Assembly: GCA_028023455.1 (NCBI GenBank)
Contig: JAQFVV010000001.1
Coordinates: 10,416,001-10,480,000, forward strand
DNA length: 64,000 bases
Direction: 5' to 3'
Source: Epiperipatus broadwayi
Taxonomy: Eukaryota; Animalia; Onychophora
Positions 31,414 to 46,000 of the stretch are shown here, one piece after another. A program made the translations under genes and the position numbers. The first letter of the stretch is position 1, and each line of letters opens with the position of its first letter. The notes below the pieces were generated by a model. The model saw only the letters and a program-made list of their open reading frames with translations. It was not told the origin of the DNA and did no database searches.

Positions 31414-32225
31414 AGAGGCTAAACTCTCCATACTATACTGCCATTCAGTGCAAGCTAGAGTAATGAATGAATTGCAAGAAGGTTTGTGCATAAAATCCCA
31501 ATTTAGTGCCTACTCCTCCAATATCCCCAGACTAGTTTCTAGCTTGTGGCTTTCATCAGTGAGTAGCCTTAAGAGCACTGCAGCAAGCAAGCCTTTTACC
31601 TTATTAGCTAACTATAAAGCTTTGAGTCCAGCATGAAAACAAAAATATTTTCAATTCAAGCTGATTAGCTTGTATAGTTGTGCAGATCTAACCTGTTTAG
31701 TATCCATACTTTTTGATGTCTTTAATAACCAGAGTCACCATAATCCTATTGAGAAGGATTGATATTAAACCACTAATCATCACATGATCACCATTTTTAT
31801 GCTTACACAAGCTGTTTGTATAGAGGCTAAACTCCCCATACAGTAGTGCAAGACAGTAATCAAAAAAGTATGGATGCTATACTCAGTTCAGATCTATACA
31901 TGTATACAACAAGCTAATGAGCTTAAATTGAAAACATTTTTGCGTTTTTATTTTGGATTCAAAGCTTTATAGCTAGCTAATAAGGTAAAAGGTGGCTGCT
32001 AGAGGATTGCATTAAATCCTAATATCTAGGTGCAGTGCTCTCAGATCCAAGGCTCCTTATTGATGAAATCCACAAGCCAGAAACTAGTCTGGTGATAATA
32101 GATGAGGAGGCACTAAATAAGGATTTTATGCATAAACCTTCTTGCATCCATTGATTATTCTGGTTTCTACTGAGTGATGCTACTGTATGGAGAATTGCTT
32201 GTGTAAGCATAAAGAATGGTGATCA
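31414..32225. mobile_element. Second, more diverged locus of HHR family A (inverted arrangement; HHRs at ~31517-31570 minus and ~32046-32100 plus)
   Basis: Minus CTGATGA AAGC cacaa GCTA GAAAC TA GTC; plus copy has TTGATGA; agaggctaaact repeats at 31414 and 31822 (408 nt). Confidence 0.8.
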
Positions 32226-35200
32226 TGTTACGAAATTAAATTCTCAAGATATAATTAGAAAGGTACTATTAAAACAAATGTAACTATTTTTTATTTGATA
32301 TAAATTAAAACCCATTAGAATTAAAATGTGTTTATATTTTGCAAGATGGAATGTCAATTGCCAATTAATTAAGTTCACTGAGACTTTTCGGAAGTAAAGT
32401 AAATGATTTCTTCTCTTACATGAAAGGGCTATATATGCAAGAAGGCAACTGATAATAAATGTTTAAATATTCCTTGCAAATTCAGTAAAATCGAGCAATA
32501 TTCATAAACTATTACTGCAATCGGTTTTAAATTATAGTATGCATGCAACAGTCAAGATTTTTAAAATGGATCAGCCACTATCATGTCAGAAATATTCTAT
32601 TAGCTTATCCTTCTTTATGCATTGATAAAATTATAAAAAATTACACAAATCCATCTTTCTTATTACTTTTACAATACTTTATTAAAATAAATCAATCTGA
32701 TAGTTACAATTGACTACCAATAACTATTTGTGTATTCGTGATTTTTATATATATATATATATATTATAGCTCTGAAAAAGATTGCTGGTACATTGAAATT
32801 GTCACATTGATTAATTTTAATAAAATAAGCATTGTAAAGGTAATGAGAAAGGTGTATTTGTTTAATTCTATTGGCCATTGTTTGTTCATATGCATGCTTT
32901 GATTATAAATACAAATTTTCATGCTGCTCCATGAAATTTAATAATAAGAAATACAATATACTCTAAAGAAATGACAAGAAATGGTTCAGCTCATAATTAT
33001 ACTCTCATATTTTTAACAAAATCTGGCAATTTTCAATATATCTCAATCATGTACTTTCATTGCTTAAACTTTCATCATCATTTACATTCCCCAATGACTT
33101 GCATTCTTGAAAATAAATATCTGTATGTATCAATATATGAACAATATCTTAAATATATTGGAAGAAATTAGTTCAGTAATCATGGTTATATATTTGAATA
33201 TGAATTTTGATATATATAAATATTAAGCAATTAAATCATTTGTATATTTATTTCAGTATAGTGTTATGCACTGGGATTATATATATATCACCAGATATAA
33301 GCAAGTGTCATTAGTGACTATTAAGTAATAAATAATATTAGAAAAATAATTCTTAATATTATTAACATCACACAGAAGCTTAGTCATATAAAATGCTAGT
33401 CTTTAAATTTGGACCTTTTTTCATCGAAATTGAGCAACTTATTGTATTGTCTGGATCATTTATTATATGTTGTACTTTCATCATAAGTTTATCTATGTAA
33501 CTTAAATTTATTCTACTGTTGTATATATATTAATATTTGTATATAATTTGTTATAAATATAAAACTTATTAGGAAATTTGTTATAAATAAAGATTTTTAA
33601 TATACAGAAAAATACAATTTGAAAAAAAAAACATATATAACAGTTCTTTATATGTTCTTTTAAGCACTGAAAATCAAACAGCTTTCTTTTGTTTTTATTC
33701 TTTCCTGAGAAGCATTAGCAATATTTTAGTTTATTAAAAATAATATGACAAAGTTAAAAATATGGCATTGTTAAATGTAAAATTAAATTTTTTCTGGTAT
33801 TGCTATTTTCAAAAATTATATAAAAATAAAAAAGTAAATTACTGTTGTCATGTAAAATAAGTTTGACTGAGATAATATCAAAAAAAATTTAAACAACACA
33901 TTTTAATTTTGCTTTGTAGTAGTCTATGTGTTATTACTAATAGATTAATATATTTGGAAAATTATAAATAAAATCTGAATTTATTAAAAATGTTTAACAA
34001 TTCAAATAGATGATGGAAATAAACCAATCATATAACTATAAACTTATAGTTTGTTTAACAACAGTATGTAAATGCAGCAATTCCAAAGACTAAATAAAGA
34101 ATGGTCCAGAAATATACAATTTGAATGAATGTTAATGTTTAATCTCTGGGGAACAGTTGTTTCTCTCAATGGCTTTCTCTGATAATTTTAATCCCAAATT
34201 TTCTATCCTTTTTATAAGTAGTTTTTTTCAGGTATCAACCCAGCAATCTGAATATGGAAGAAATAGAGAGAACCTATAGTAATTACATTTCTAATTTATT
34301 ATCCCATTCTCTGTGTCCTCAAAATCAACACTGATTTTGATCATTGTTTGCTATAATGCCAATAAGTAAAATAATTTTCATAATTTCTGTAAACTTCCCA
34401 TGTCCTCATTTCTTTAACTAAAATAGTTTGACATCCTTTGATTTTATTGAATATTTCTTTCTCATTATGCTTTATAATAATTAATAGTATATCATTAATG
34501 TTGCCATAATCTATTTCTTTCACTTTTACATGCATATGTTTCTCTGTTTGAATATAAAATAAGCTAATTTAAGTTATAACATTTAATTATCATCAAAAGT
34601 AATTTTATATGACTTATCTGCTCAACATTATTTAAGCATCAAAATTTAAGCAGGAAAAAAATCAAATATATATATAATTAATTGCAATACATGTTATATA
34701 TTTATGTTTTAATGAAAATTAAAATTTATTTTTTAAAAGCGTAAAATTAAAATAAATTGACATGTACTAATAAAAAGTTACATATCACTGAATTCAGAAC
34801 TTTTGCTTTCTTGCAAGATAACATTCTGAATGCTTTTATCTGGACTAGAAACTTTACCATTATATTTCTAAGCAATCCTATTCTTTTCCTAAATCTGTAT
34901 AATGTACTTTTCTGGTAATAAAGCAGGAACAATACTTGTACTAGAAAATATAATATAAAATTATTCAAAAATTCTTTAATCTTTTAAAAAATGATTGCTT
35001 CACTGATGCTATCACCTTACATTTGCTTTTGATTAATCCACATCAGCACAATGTTTTATTAGTTTTATAATGTTACAATGTAAATAAATTGATCAAGCTG
35101 AAATCATTTTTGTCATTTTTTAAAAAAAAGTTGTGTAGATCATTGATTTAATTAGATTGTATTCAGAATTTAAATTATTGATTATTTTATAGTTTTCTTT

Positions 35201-36059
35201 TTACAAGTGATTTTTTCCCCCTTTTAAGGCAATAGTTTACTGGCTCATGATTAAATTTTTGTATGATTCAAGTTAAAGGGATTTTTTTTTAAAAAAAATA
35301 GTTAAACAAATTGTAAAAAAAAAAACTAAATGTAAATAAACTCATAAAATATAATTAATTGGATATATAAAGCGGAAACATTGTGAAAAGCTTTATACAT
35401 GTATTGCCATATTATTCAGTGGTGTTTAATATAAAATTTAAACGGCATTTCTCAATTAATGAGCTATGCCCAATGTTTGGTTTTCCAAAATTTTACCAGA
35501 TTTTTTTTACATCATTATTATCAAATTTCAAATTATGATTTATAAGTAAAATTAATAGAGAACATACAACTAGGAGAATATTTTTAAATAAAAATATATA
35601 TATATTTATTGCTAAAAATAAGCAAATTAAATTGATAACTATATTTTAACATTTAGCATTCCTCATATTATTAAACTTTCATTTTCAATTATTTTTTTAT
35701 CACCAATATTATCAGATTTCAACTTCAGTTTTTATTGTTTATACCAAAAATTATTTCAGTATATGTACATAGGAGAATACTTTTAAGCAAAATATATATG
35801 ATATTTATATAACTGTTTTATGTAGCAATTTTAGTGCTCATTATATATCTTTTGCATTTATTCTATAAATTTTAATTTTATGATAAAAAAAATTTCTACT
35901 AGTTACTCACTCTAGACATTATTTTTATTTTAGCAAAGTTCATGATACTTACTTCAAAGTGTGAAAGTTGATATCCAGCAATTATCAAAATTAGTAGTTA
36001 TCAGCATAAAAATTTTACATTAGAAATTGCTATCATTAAACAGAATTATTTTGTTTAAG

Positions 36060-36760
36060 TGACCTAAAGTCATTACTCATGTCATAAATTCTCCGACAAA
36101 TAAATTGACAAAAACTTTCTAGATAGCATCCTGCTACACTTGTTTATAATATTATCCACTGTAAATTTTAAAAGGTGTTCATAGACAATGTTAAACTAAA
36201 TTAGCAATGTGTTCTGGTAAATCACAATGGTGAAAAGATATGTCTAAAGTCTTACCACTTAATATGCTAATAAACTACTGAAGTAACATTAAAGCTATAA
36301 TTTAATTACTAACAATAGAAATAAAATTAGCTGATTATTTTTTTTTTACAAAAAAATTTCATAGATCAAATTATTAGTTGCATTTGATCTGCTTCATATA
36401 GAAGAATGTGAGATCTGAGATTTAGATTCTTAATTATACAAACTCTTTATCTGGTTCAGATACACTGATCATATATTGATGTTTGGTCATATGAAAAAAA
36501 AATACTGAATGACTTCTTCTTACATATTAATGGCTTCCAACTTCAAGTTAATGTACTATGGAAGCAGAAAAAGATAAATAATTTGCTTTCCTTGATATTC
36601 TCATTTCCAAATCAATCAATAACTTAACAATTATTATATATAGAAAATTCACACATACTGATAGATGCTTGAAAGCATCATTTCATCACCAAGCAGCTGT
36701 CTTTTCTTACTAAGGCATTATGTATAAGAGTTTGTTTTTTTAAAATAGAATTATTTTGGA
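36060..36760 (+). mobile_element. Penelope-like reverse transcriptase remnant
   Basis: VINSPTNKLTK; IWFRYTDHI (cf. WFRYVDD) at 36449-36475; CTMEAEKDK*FAFLDIL; YRKFTHTDR. Confidence 0.75.
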
Positions 36761-37739
36761 GAACAAAAATTACATATACACAATATTTTAATAATGAGTG
36801 ATTATAATAGGCATTACTATAGGCAAAATAATGCACCAGACTAAAATCCCAAAAAAAGACTAAGAAAAAAAAATTTCTATATGGTATGCATTTCTTATAT
36901 AAGGATAAACAAAACTGGATGCATGTTGAGATACTACAAGATAAAGATATATATTTTCCATCAAATAAATATATTAACAATATTTTGATTAAACCTAAAC
37001 TCAATGAACATATAAATTCCCTATGAAGTATGGCAGGCTATATATATATAGGAATAAGTAATCACCTCATTACAGAAAAAATGAGCATGCTTATGCAGTG
37101 AAGTATCATTCATCATCCTCAGCACATTTGCTCTCTAAATCTTAGACATTGGCATTAGCATAAAATTTTCTAAAACCTAAATCCTATATAGATGTGATAA
37201 TCACCCATCAAAAAATATTTAGACAAGCCCCAATTCTATTAATAAACATAATAAAATAGACAAAACGTCATCTATGTAGAAAAATTTCTTTATATAAATT
37301 AATAAAAACTAACAACTAAATTTAAATCCAATTTAAATTAATATTTATTTATTTCTATTTTGATTAAACAAAAAATATAATCTTTTACTTGTTCTATTTG
37401 TTCTTTGACTAAACATGTTCTATTTCTTTATTAATTCTTAATTTGATTAATGTTTTACAATAATTTTCTAACAATCACATAAGAATTTCTTTATTCAACT
37501 GAAAGTATACTGAACAGGGAAAGTTCCTAATGTTAACTCCATACATTTTAAACAGCAGCTATTATTACTATATGATTATTCATATAGTAAATGGATATGG
37601 ATGAGCTGCTTATCAGTCAGAATGGTGAGTTTATTAGCTTTTTACCTCTGATTATAAGATCAAAAAGCACTATAATTTTTCTTCCGTAACTTGAAAATTT
37701 TTAATTGCAATATCACTTGAGTTTCCTTGAAGGCAGCAG

Positions 37740-40430
37740 AATAAATGTGTGTGAGTGATCATGAAGCTATAAAGTTACCAGCCAAGGTAGCAGTTTGTGA
37801 ACAAAGATAAAGGGTGCTAAGAATTTCTTGAATTCAAACCCAGGCTGCTATTCAATGATGACCTTTTATTTAGGGCATTACAATTGCAGATTACTTTCAA
37901 GTGAAAGAAAATTGCACAAATTGCAAGTATTGTCTAATATTAAATGAAACATTGATGGCTATTGTAAGGTTAGAAGAAAAGGTAAAGAGTTGATTTACAA
38001 AGTGGACATGTGCTTTACTATAAAAGCATACATATCATAAACACAAATGAATTTATTACAAATATAAAAGTGGAAGAACATTGTGGAGATTGATGGTATG
38101 TCAGACATAGTGGAAAGATTATTAATGGAAGATAATAAATGCATATAATTCAAATTTAGACTTCAATAAATGAAGAAGTAGAGTACTTTTATATTGATGA
38201 ACAAAATGCTTACTATCAGTTTAAAAACAACATTTAAAATTATCATCAGAGACTTTAATGCTAGAATTAGTAAATGATCGAAATATAAAAAAACCATAAG
38301 TCAATTTGGTTATGATGATAGAAATAATAGAAGCCACCGATTTGTAGAGTAAACAGAAAAAATAAACTATGATTTTTGTGAGAAAGATGCTAAACAGAAA
38401 TGAACATGAAAGCATCTAAATGAAGGTAAAACAGAATCAGATTATATTTTGACTAATGGAAATCATAATTATACAATAGTCTTAATAGGTTCAATACTGG
38501 AAATAATCATCAATTAGTGAGATACAAAATATGTGATAATACAAAACTACAGAGTTGAAAACAATTATGAAAATCAGTATTAACATATGATATTCCTAAT
38601 TTCCAGAAACATTCCAACTAATTTAACATGAAACTTGCAAATCATATTAAATATTAACAGATTGTGAAGTTTATTCAAATTTGTCTGAAATCCATAAGGT
38701 AAATGGTACTTTAATAAGAACAAAAAAGCAATAATCTACCAGTAAATTTTTAACTCAGACAAAAAGATAAATGACAAAAGAATGAATATGAAATTTTTTA
38801 AGATGATAATTGAATATGTAGAGTTTTGTAAAATTATACAAAAAAGGTTAATAATAATATAAGAAAATATACTTGTGAATTGACAATGTAGTTATAGAAG
38901 AGAATCAAACGCTCAAAATTTTAAAATGTCTTAGTATTTGAAGAAAAAATATTTTTGAAATAGAAAACAAAGATAATACTAATATCAAAAAAAAAAGATG
39001 GCATTCCTAAATTAATTACATCTTCTGAGTGGGGTAGTATTTTAAATGATGAAATGAGGCATGCAATTAAATCTATGAAGAAGGGGAAAACTCCAGGAAA
39101 TGATATATTATTATTGATAATTCAGAAGAAGCAAGTGAAGATATAGAAAAATTGTTGGCAAAGTTGTATCCCAAATGTTTAAAAAAGAAAAATGCACCAT
39201 ATGATTGGAAGAATGCAATAATAATGACACTTAAGAAAAGTGATAAAGAAAATATTTAAAAAATTACAGACTTATCAGTCTTCTATCAGTTCTATATAAA
39301 ATCATACCAAGATAATTACAACCAACAGACTTTGGATTCTAACCATTCAAAAAAAAAAAACAACTGGATTTAAAAGTGGTTTTAGCACAATAAACAACTA
39401 ATGAATATAAGTTATCATTATAATTGGAATTGAAAGACATTATAAAAAGCACTAATGAATATGATTTGCCATCATGTTTTGAATTTGTAGATTATGAAAA
39501 GGCATGATCATCAAGAAATAAATCCAGGATATGGTCATATTCTGAAGCATATATATCAGAATGCAACATTAATGATTAAATTATATGGTGATATTAAAAA
39601 GATTAACATTGAGAAAGATTTACTTGAAGTATTTTGTGAATTAAAATGGAAAGTTAGAGAGTAAAAGTAAATGGAGATTATTTAATTCAGTTAGTATTTT
39701 TGCAGATGATGTGACACTTCAGATTTCAGGAAATGTTCCAATAAAATATCATGTGATTCTATCACATGACTCTAAGTTGCATATTACTCTGTTTTAACAA
39801 CATTTTTTCCCTCACAATCTCTAGCCCACTTACTTTAAGCTTTAATAAATAGTAGGGATTTATTAAGCACTATCATCTGACATCTAAAATTAGTGAAAGA
39901 AAAATGTTGCAAGGGTTATTTTTATCAAATGAAAGTAAGAAAGTAGGACTAGAAATAAATGCTAAAAAAATAAAGTAACCTTCAATGGTTTTTCTCAGAA
40001 GAAAATAAAAATTATTAATACTAAATTTAAAAATGCTAACAATTACAAATACATTGATCATATTAATAACATAATATATAACACTAATCAAATAATTAAA
40101 CTTGGATGCAACACTTAGGTAGAAGTGATTTAATATTGAAATATATTTAGTTGTTTGAGAAAAGATTTTCCGTAGATATGTTTTAACAGTTGTTCCTTAT
40201 GAATCTGAAATTTGGACATTTAATAGAAGAGCAATGCAGAGAATTAAGATCATTCAATATAATATTGAGAAATATATGCTAGAAATGACAAGAAATGATT
40301 AAAAATGAAATTGAATACTATGAGATTGTAAAAAACTTAGAAAAAGATCACATGTAAAATAGATAAATGAAATAAAAATATTTGCAGGTGTGCTGTGGTG
40401 AAGAGATGTCAAGGATCAAAGTACCTGACC
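37740..40430 (+). mobile_element. Third RTE LINE copy, heavily decayed, interrupted at ~39720-40060
   Basis: KTPGNDI, YRLISLLSVLYKI, TGFKSGFST, SEIWTFNRRAMQRIK; colinear with the other RTE copies. Confidence 0.85.
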
Positions 40431-40464
40431 TAAACTTGGACAGACCTTCATTTTGCACTTTCTT

Positions 40465-40840
40465 TTGGTTGTATTTGTATGATGGACTATTTTCATTATC
40501 TAATATGAGTATTGAATGTCTTTAGAAAAAATTAACTTTATTTAAATATTCCAAATACATTCAACTGTTAAAAATAGCATAATATGTCCAACATTTTCAA
40601 GAGGTGTTATTCTCCTTCTTCTTCAAGTATTGCTGGCCTGACCAGTGGCAGTACTAGCATAGAAATTGAACCTGGACCCTTAGATTTTTTGAATATTGAA
40701 TTTTAAGCTAACACCCTAATCAACTGAGCCACCCTGCCAGTCGAATGTATTTAGAATATTTAAATAAAGTTAAATTTTTCTAAAGACATTCAATACTGAT
40801 ATTAAATGATGGAAATAGTCCAACATATAAATACAACTAA
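40465..40840 (-). mobile_element. Family C element: tRNA-like head (40740-40650), HHR-like core (40627-40588), 3' body, plus an inverted copy of the body at its 5' end
   Basis: Minus GGCAGGGTGGCTCAGTTGATTAGGGTG..GGTTCAATTTC; TTGAAGA AGAAGGAG aataaca CCTCTT GAAA ATG TT GG; 40468-40565 is the reverse complement of 40740-40840. Confidence 0.7.
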
Positions 40841-42090
40841 AACACCATCATCACAAATCTTCAGAAATACCTCATTTTGTTTCTAAGTGAAATCATGACA
40901 AAAAAGCTATTGTAGGCTACTAGAGATAATTAATTTAGCAACACTAATTGAGTTATATAAAACTAGGTTCATTTATTTTTTTGCTTATATAACAATTAAT
41001 CCATGAAAATATTTAATTTAGCATATTTAGCTCTCTGGTAAAGATGAAATATTTACAGGATAGAAATTATTGTTATAGGAATAAGAAATTAAATAATTCT
41101 AGTGGGGTAGCTGTGTTTCAGAAAGGTCAGTTTTATAAAGATTATTATAGGACTGAGAATGAATTGTAGTTTTATGCAAAGAGAGCAATTTAATCTTTTA
41201 GAAAACACTTGTAGATTAATATTCTTATGGTTGGTGTTTATCGTGTATTTTAAAACTAATATTTCTAATTCTTTGGCTTAAATACCCTTAATTTATTTTG
41301 CTATATAATTCAGGCCATTTTAATAATTTATAAAATCTAGCAAATAATCCATAGACCGATCATTGATTTCCATTAAGAGTTAAGCAGATGCGAATTTATA
41401 TATTGATTTAGCTTTATCTTGTATAGAGCTTTAACTTACATTAATCTATTAATTCATATTGAAGATAGTTTCCGAACAAATTATTTCAAAATTATTTGAA
41501 TGAAGAGACAAATGATTCGATTGATGTTATAATGAGCATCTCGTGAGCAATTTTTCAAAATTCCATTAACAATTGAAGACAGTATATTAGATTTTCTTTA
41601 AAATAGTAATTATTAATAATCCTTGTTATTGTTGTTTATCCATTTTAGTTCTAGAAGAAGATACATTTTGCCAGCTAGGCAAAATGCACAGAATAGATTT
41701 GTCTACTTAGTCATTCTGAAGATGATATAAAAATGGCTGTTTCAAAATTTAATTCGACCGAATCTTGGATGCACTATAGTTTTATAAACACTAATTTAAT
41801 TTTATCAAAATATTTATAGTCTCTAGTCAGCTAGTATCTTAATTAATCACCATTGCCCACAACTCTTTATGCTTTAAATTTTTCTGAGAAAACAATTTTC
41901 CATTTCTAGGGTGATACGAAATAGCAGCCGATCATAAATTGTCGGGTTTATTCCAGTGCATACTTTCCAGATATTGAATAAATGAAAGAAAGAAAGTAAT
42001 AATAATACCAAATCTTTAATATTATATCTTAATTTGAATTATATTTTTAAAAAAAACCTCTGCAATCATTTTTTTTTTTCATATGTCAAA

Positions 42091-42162
42091 TACGTTGACC
42101 GGGAAACGAACGCGAACCAGCTGCTTGGAAGGCAACAATGCTAACCGCTAGGTCACCAACCC
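42091..42162 (-). pseudogene. tRNA-Gly-TCC: tRNA-Gly(TCC) retropseudogene
   Basis: GGGTTGGTGACCTAGCGGTTAGCATTGTTGCCTTCCAAGCAGCTGGTTCGCGTTCGTTTCCCGGTCAACGTA; acceptor-stem and B-box mismatches; A-tail and flanking direct repeat. Confidence 0.85.
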
Positions 42163-43069
42163 TTGACAATCATTTATTTTTAACAACTAAATAATTTATA
42201 ATGTCTCTTTATAAGTTCTCAGATATTTTATTTAAATAAATTCAATTTTAATAATATGTTTTGCTTGAATTGAAATACTAAACAAAATAACTTAATTTAC
42301 TCGTTTTACATTTATGAATTTTAAATTGATTAAGTTTTAAAAATATAAAAGTTTCAAATATGCCCACACATATTTTAAATAGACTGGTGGCTAAATGTAA
42401 TCTCAATTGTAATTATCATAATATAGTTATTATAGAACTGTTTCAAATCCTATGTTTTATTATGTTTGATTTAGTGTATCTTATTTTGTATATTTTTCTA
42501 CAATATCAGTTTTATCTGTTTGGGGGTTTGTTTGTTTTTTTTTGTGTGTATACATAAAAAAAAAATTTAACTGTAGTTTTCAAATGAAAAAATAATAATA
42601 ACACAGATGCATATATTTTATATATGCATTGATCAATAAAATCTGCTCAGAAGACATCTTTAAATATTTTCTACAAAATCTATATTGCAATATTATAAGT
42701 GACTTTTAAATTTCTTTTTTTTTTTTTTTTTATCATATTATCTGCTAATTGACCAATAATAGTAGTGAGTTTACTTTGCTTAACTAAAAAAGAAAGCCAA
42801 AATTTTTTCAGTTTTTTGGCTATATTAATTAATTACAATCATAAATTTTATGTTACAATATATATTTAGATAATATGTTACAATATATATTTAGATAACA
42901 TATTTGATAGTTAATAAGTTACTGTTATCTTGTTTCATCTTTGGAGATAATTCATAAAGATATAAATATCTAACAAATCAATAAGCTAATCATTTCACTA
43001 TGATTTGTAGATAAACTGAATCAATAATTTACAACACAAAAATCATTATACATCAGCAATGTTTATTAA

Positions 43070-46000
43070 CCCTTTAACTGCTAATTATATTATTGGTTGT
43101 ATGAGGTAAAAATCAAATCTTTTAATTGGCCAACTCACAAACTGAAGACAAAGCCTATTGTTAAAACATATTCGCCTATAATATTAAATTCAACTCAGAT
43201 ACGTTTATAAAAAGTATATTACTAATTTTTCAGGTTATGAAAGAGAATGAAAGTTCTTTCAAAAATAAATTGCTATTTATTTATTATAAAATATATTCAA
43301 TTTCGGCAAACTTAAAGCGAATGTCTAAACAAAAAAGTGCTGACGCAAACGCTTTTTTTCAATTTTACGTTATGGAAAAGTAAAGATTTCTTTTTGCTAA
43401 ATCTTAAATATTTTTACTAAAATCTTCAATATTTTTCGAAAATAATTTTGTTTTTTTAGTATATTTTATTAAAAAACTATTTTAATTTCTCAAATTATAT
43501 TTTTTTAATACTTAAATTGCATTCGAAATGAAAATCTCAGTGTTTTTCTTTATTTTCTTTGATCAGGTGGTTTCTTTGTTCTTTCCAGCCAATCAGAATG
43601 TCTTTTTCGGCTGAGAGCCGGCTGACAGCCAATCACCGACAAACTTCTTTCTTTGTTTAGTTTTAAATGCGGTTTTTTTTTATTTTTTACTTGTAAAATA
43701 ATTCGGAAGAGGGCACCATCTTACAGAACTTTTAAAAACCTAATCAATAACTGTCAAACGAATATTCTAGCCTTAAAACTAGCAGAATTAGAGTGACGTC
43801 AGATGTCGACGAGATGCCTCGTAAGAGGCGGTTAAAGATCCTGACCTATGTGTTATGTTCAATTACAAGAAATTTGTCAAAAATCCTGAAAATTAACATC
43901 ATAACCCCAACAAATACACAGAGTTAATGATATATACATCTAGAAAAAAATTTAACTACACAATCTTTTTGGATATTTGATGATTTGTATGAAGTAAATT
44001 ATAGATTCAATTTTATAATTTTCTCAAAGTATAAATATAAATATTAAAATATAATTGAAATTTGTTCATGTAGTAATTTAAATATATTTTCAGTTATACT
44101 GTAACCACATGATCTGATAATAATAATAATAATATTTCTGAACCATATTGCGCCAAAAGTGAAAACCTACATATATAGTTTTTTCATGTATTGTATATAT
44201 ATTGTATCAGTATAAATGGCAGCAATGGGAATAATACTCTTAATATTTTATCAGTATAAATGGGAGCAATGGGAATAATACCGTTTTGTACCCAAATTAA
44301 GGTACCAACCTATCACTTTAAAGAAAATTAAATAAAATACAAGAAAACTCTTTGTTAAGCCTTGAGAATTAAGATAACAAAATTAACGGTGTAGAATGCC
44401 CAAAAGATAGAGATACTTTAAAATTAAATCAAATTCAAGATTTTTAAAGTAAAAAAAATATTGAAGCAAAATTAAATGAAAGACTTTGTTTATATGTCGT
44501 TTTCAAATTCAAAATTTATACTAATACAATTTAAATGAAATAAAATAATAAAGAATGTTAGTCCTTGTAGATGTTCTATAATTATAAGACAATGACTCAA
44601 AATGATATCAGTCAAATAAAATGAATGTGTGATGAATATAAGTATATGTTAAAATTAGAGATGTCATATCAATCAGTGACTTATTCTTATCGAATAAATA
44701 AATAAACGATTTAGCAGATTTTTTTATAAATAAAATAATCTATAGTTCATATACTAATGTATTATTCTAAATTTCATAATAGATTTATAATTGATATTTA
44801 TTTTAAACATCCTTTAATTTATATTGTGTACTCAATTTCTGTTGTATTAAAATATGTATAATACTAAAATCAATACTAATAAAATTTTATCATAAAGTTT
44901 ACTAACAGCTTTGATATCAATGAATACTTATGAACATGTTAGATTAGTCTCATCTAATTGTTAACAATCAGTATAGTAATAATAATATTTTCTTTGCTAG
45001 TTGGTTGAAGCTTGTTTATCAATCTTTCTTTTAAATATAAATTCTGATTATTGTACTTACATTATTAAAAGACCACAATTCCAATTTAATAAAATATTAA
45101 TAATTTATTTACAGCAAATAGTAATAAATGAAATAAAATTAAGACCATTACAGAAATGAAATTTAATATGCTGTATTATGTTGTATATCTAAATCAATAA
45201 ATGATGTTGGACAAAATATTTATTCCAAAAATCAAAGGAAAATATTATTTATAAATTAATTTTGTTAAATAAATATAAAATTATAAAATAGATTCAACTT
45301 GTTATAGTCTATCCATCATAAATATATTGGGTAAATCTAAACAAATTATTAAATAATAACTATTTAATTATTCTTATAATAAATTTTAGAAGATAATTGC
45401 AATTTTTCTTAGATTATTGTACATCTCCAAACATTTGCTCTCATACAAACATACATTAAATTAACATCTTAAACAGAAATATAATAAATTTTAAAAGAAA
45501 TTAAACAACTTGTATAATGATAAATATTTGTTATCCCTAGGTTCTATTGCAGTTTAGATTTATTTTATGAAATTTCAAATATAATTCATTAAAATATCCA
45601 ATGGTTATAAGGAAGCAATCATACAACAATAAAAAAAGAATGTTTGAAGTGTATTCCAGTGAACTATCAAATATTAATTTTCAACAGAGCATAAGGGTAC
45701 ATTAATCCTTTAAGTAATTGTTGCAGTATTATATATTATTCTGTTAATTCATATAGTTTAAATTTTATCAACATATATTAAATGTCACATAAATAGATAT
45801 TAATTTCCATGGATGGTTTGTCCAATAATTTTTATTATTATAATTTTCACTTGAAGGTAATTATCTGTAAGCACCGTATGTTATAAACACAATATAAGAT
45901 TAAAGAAGACTTTATCAACCATTTACAATTTGAAACAATACCATTAGACAGTGTTGAAAACATATTAATACAATATAGAAGGTCTGTAATAGTAATAATC

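Noticed and set aside
41300-41800. LRR-like peptide fragments (EEDTFCQLGKMHRIDLS)
   Set aside because: Stops in all frames and too short to support
43140-43175. CTGAAGA CAA..TTG..AAAAC HHR-like string
   Set aside because: GAAA core broken and no helix I
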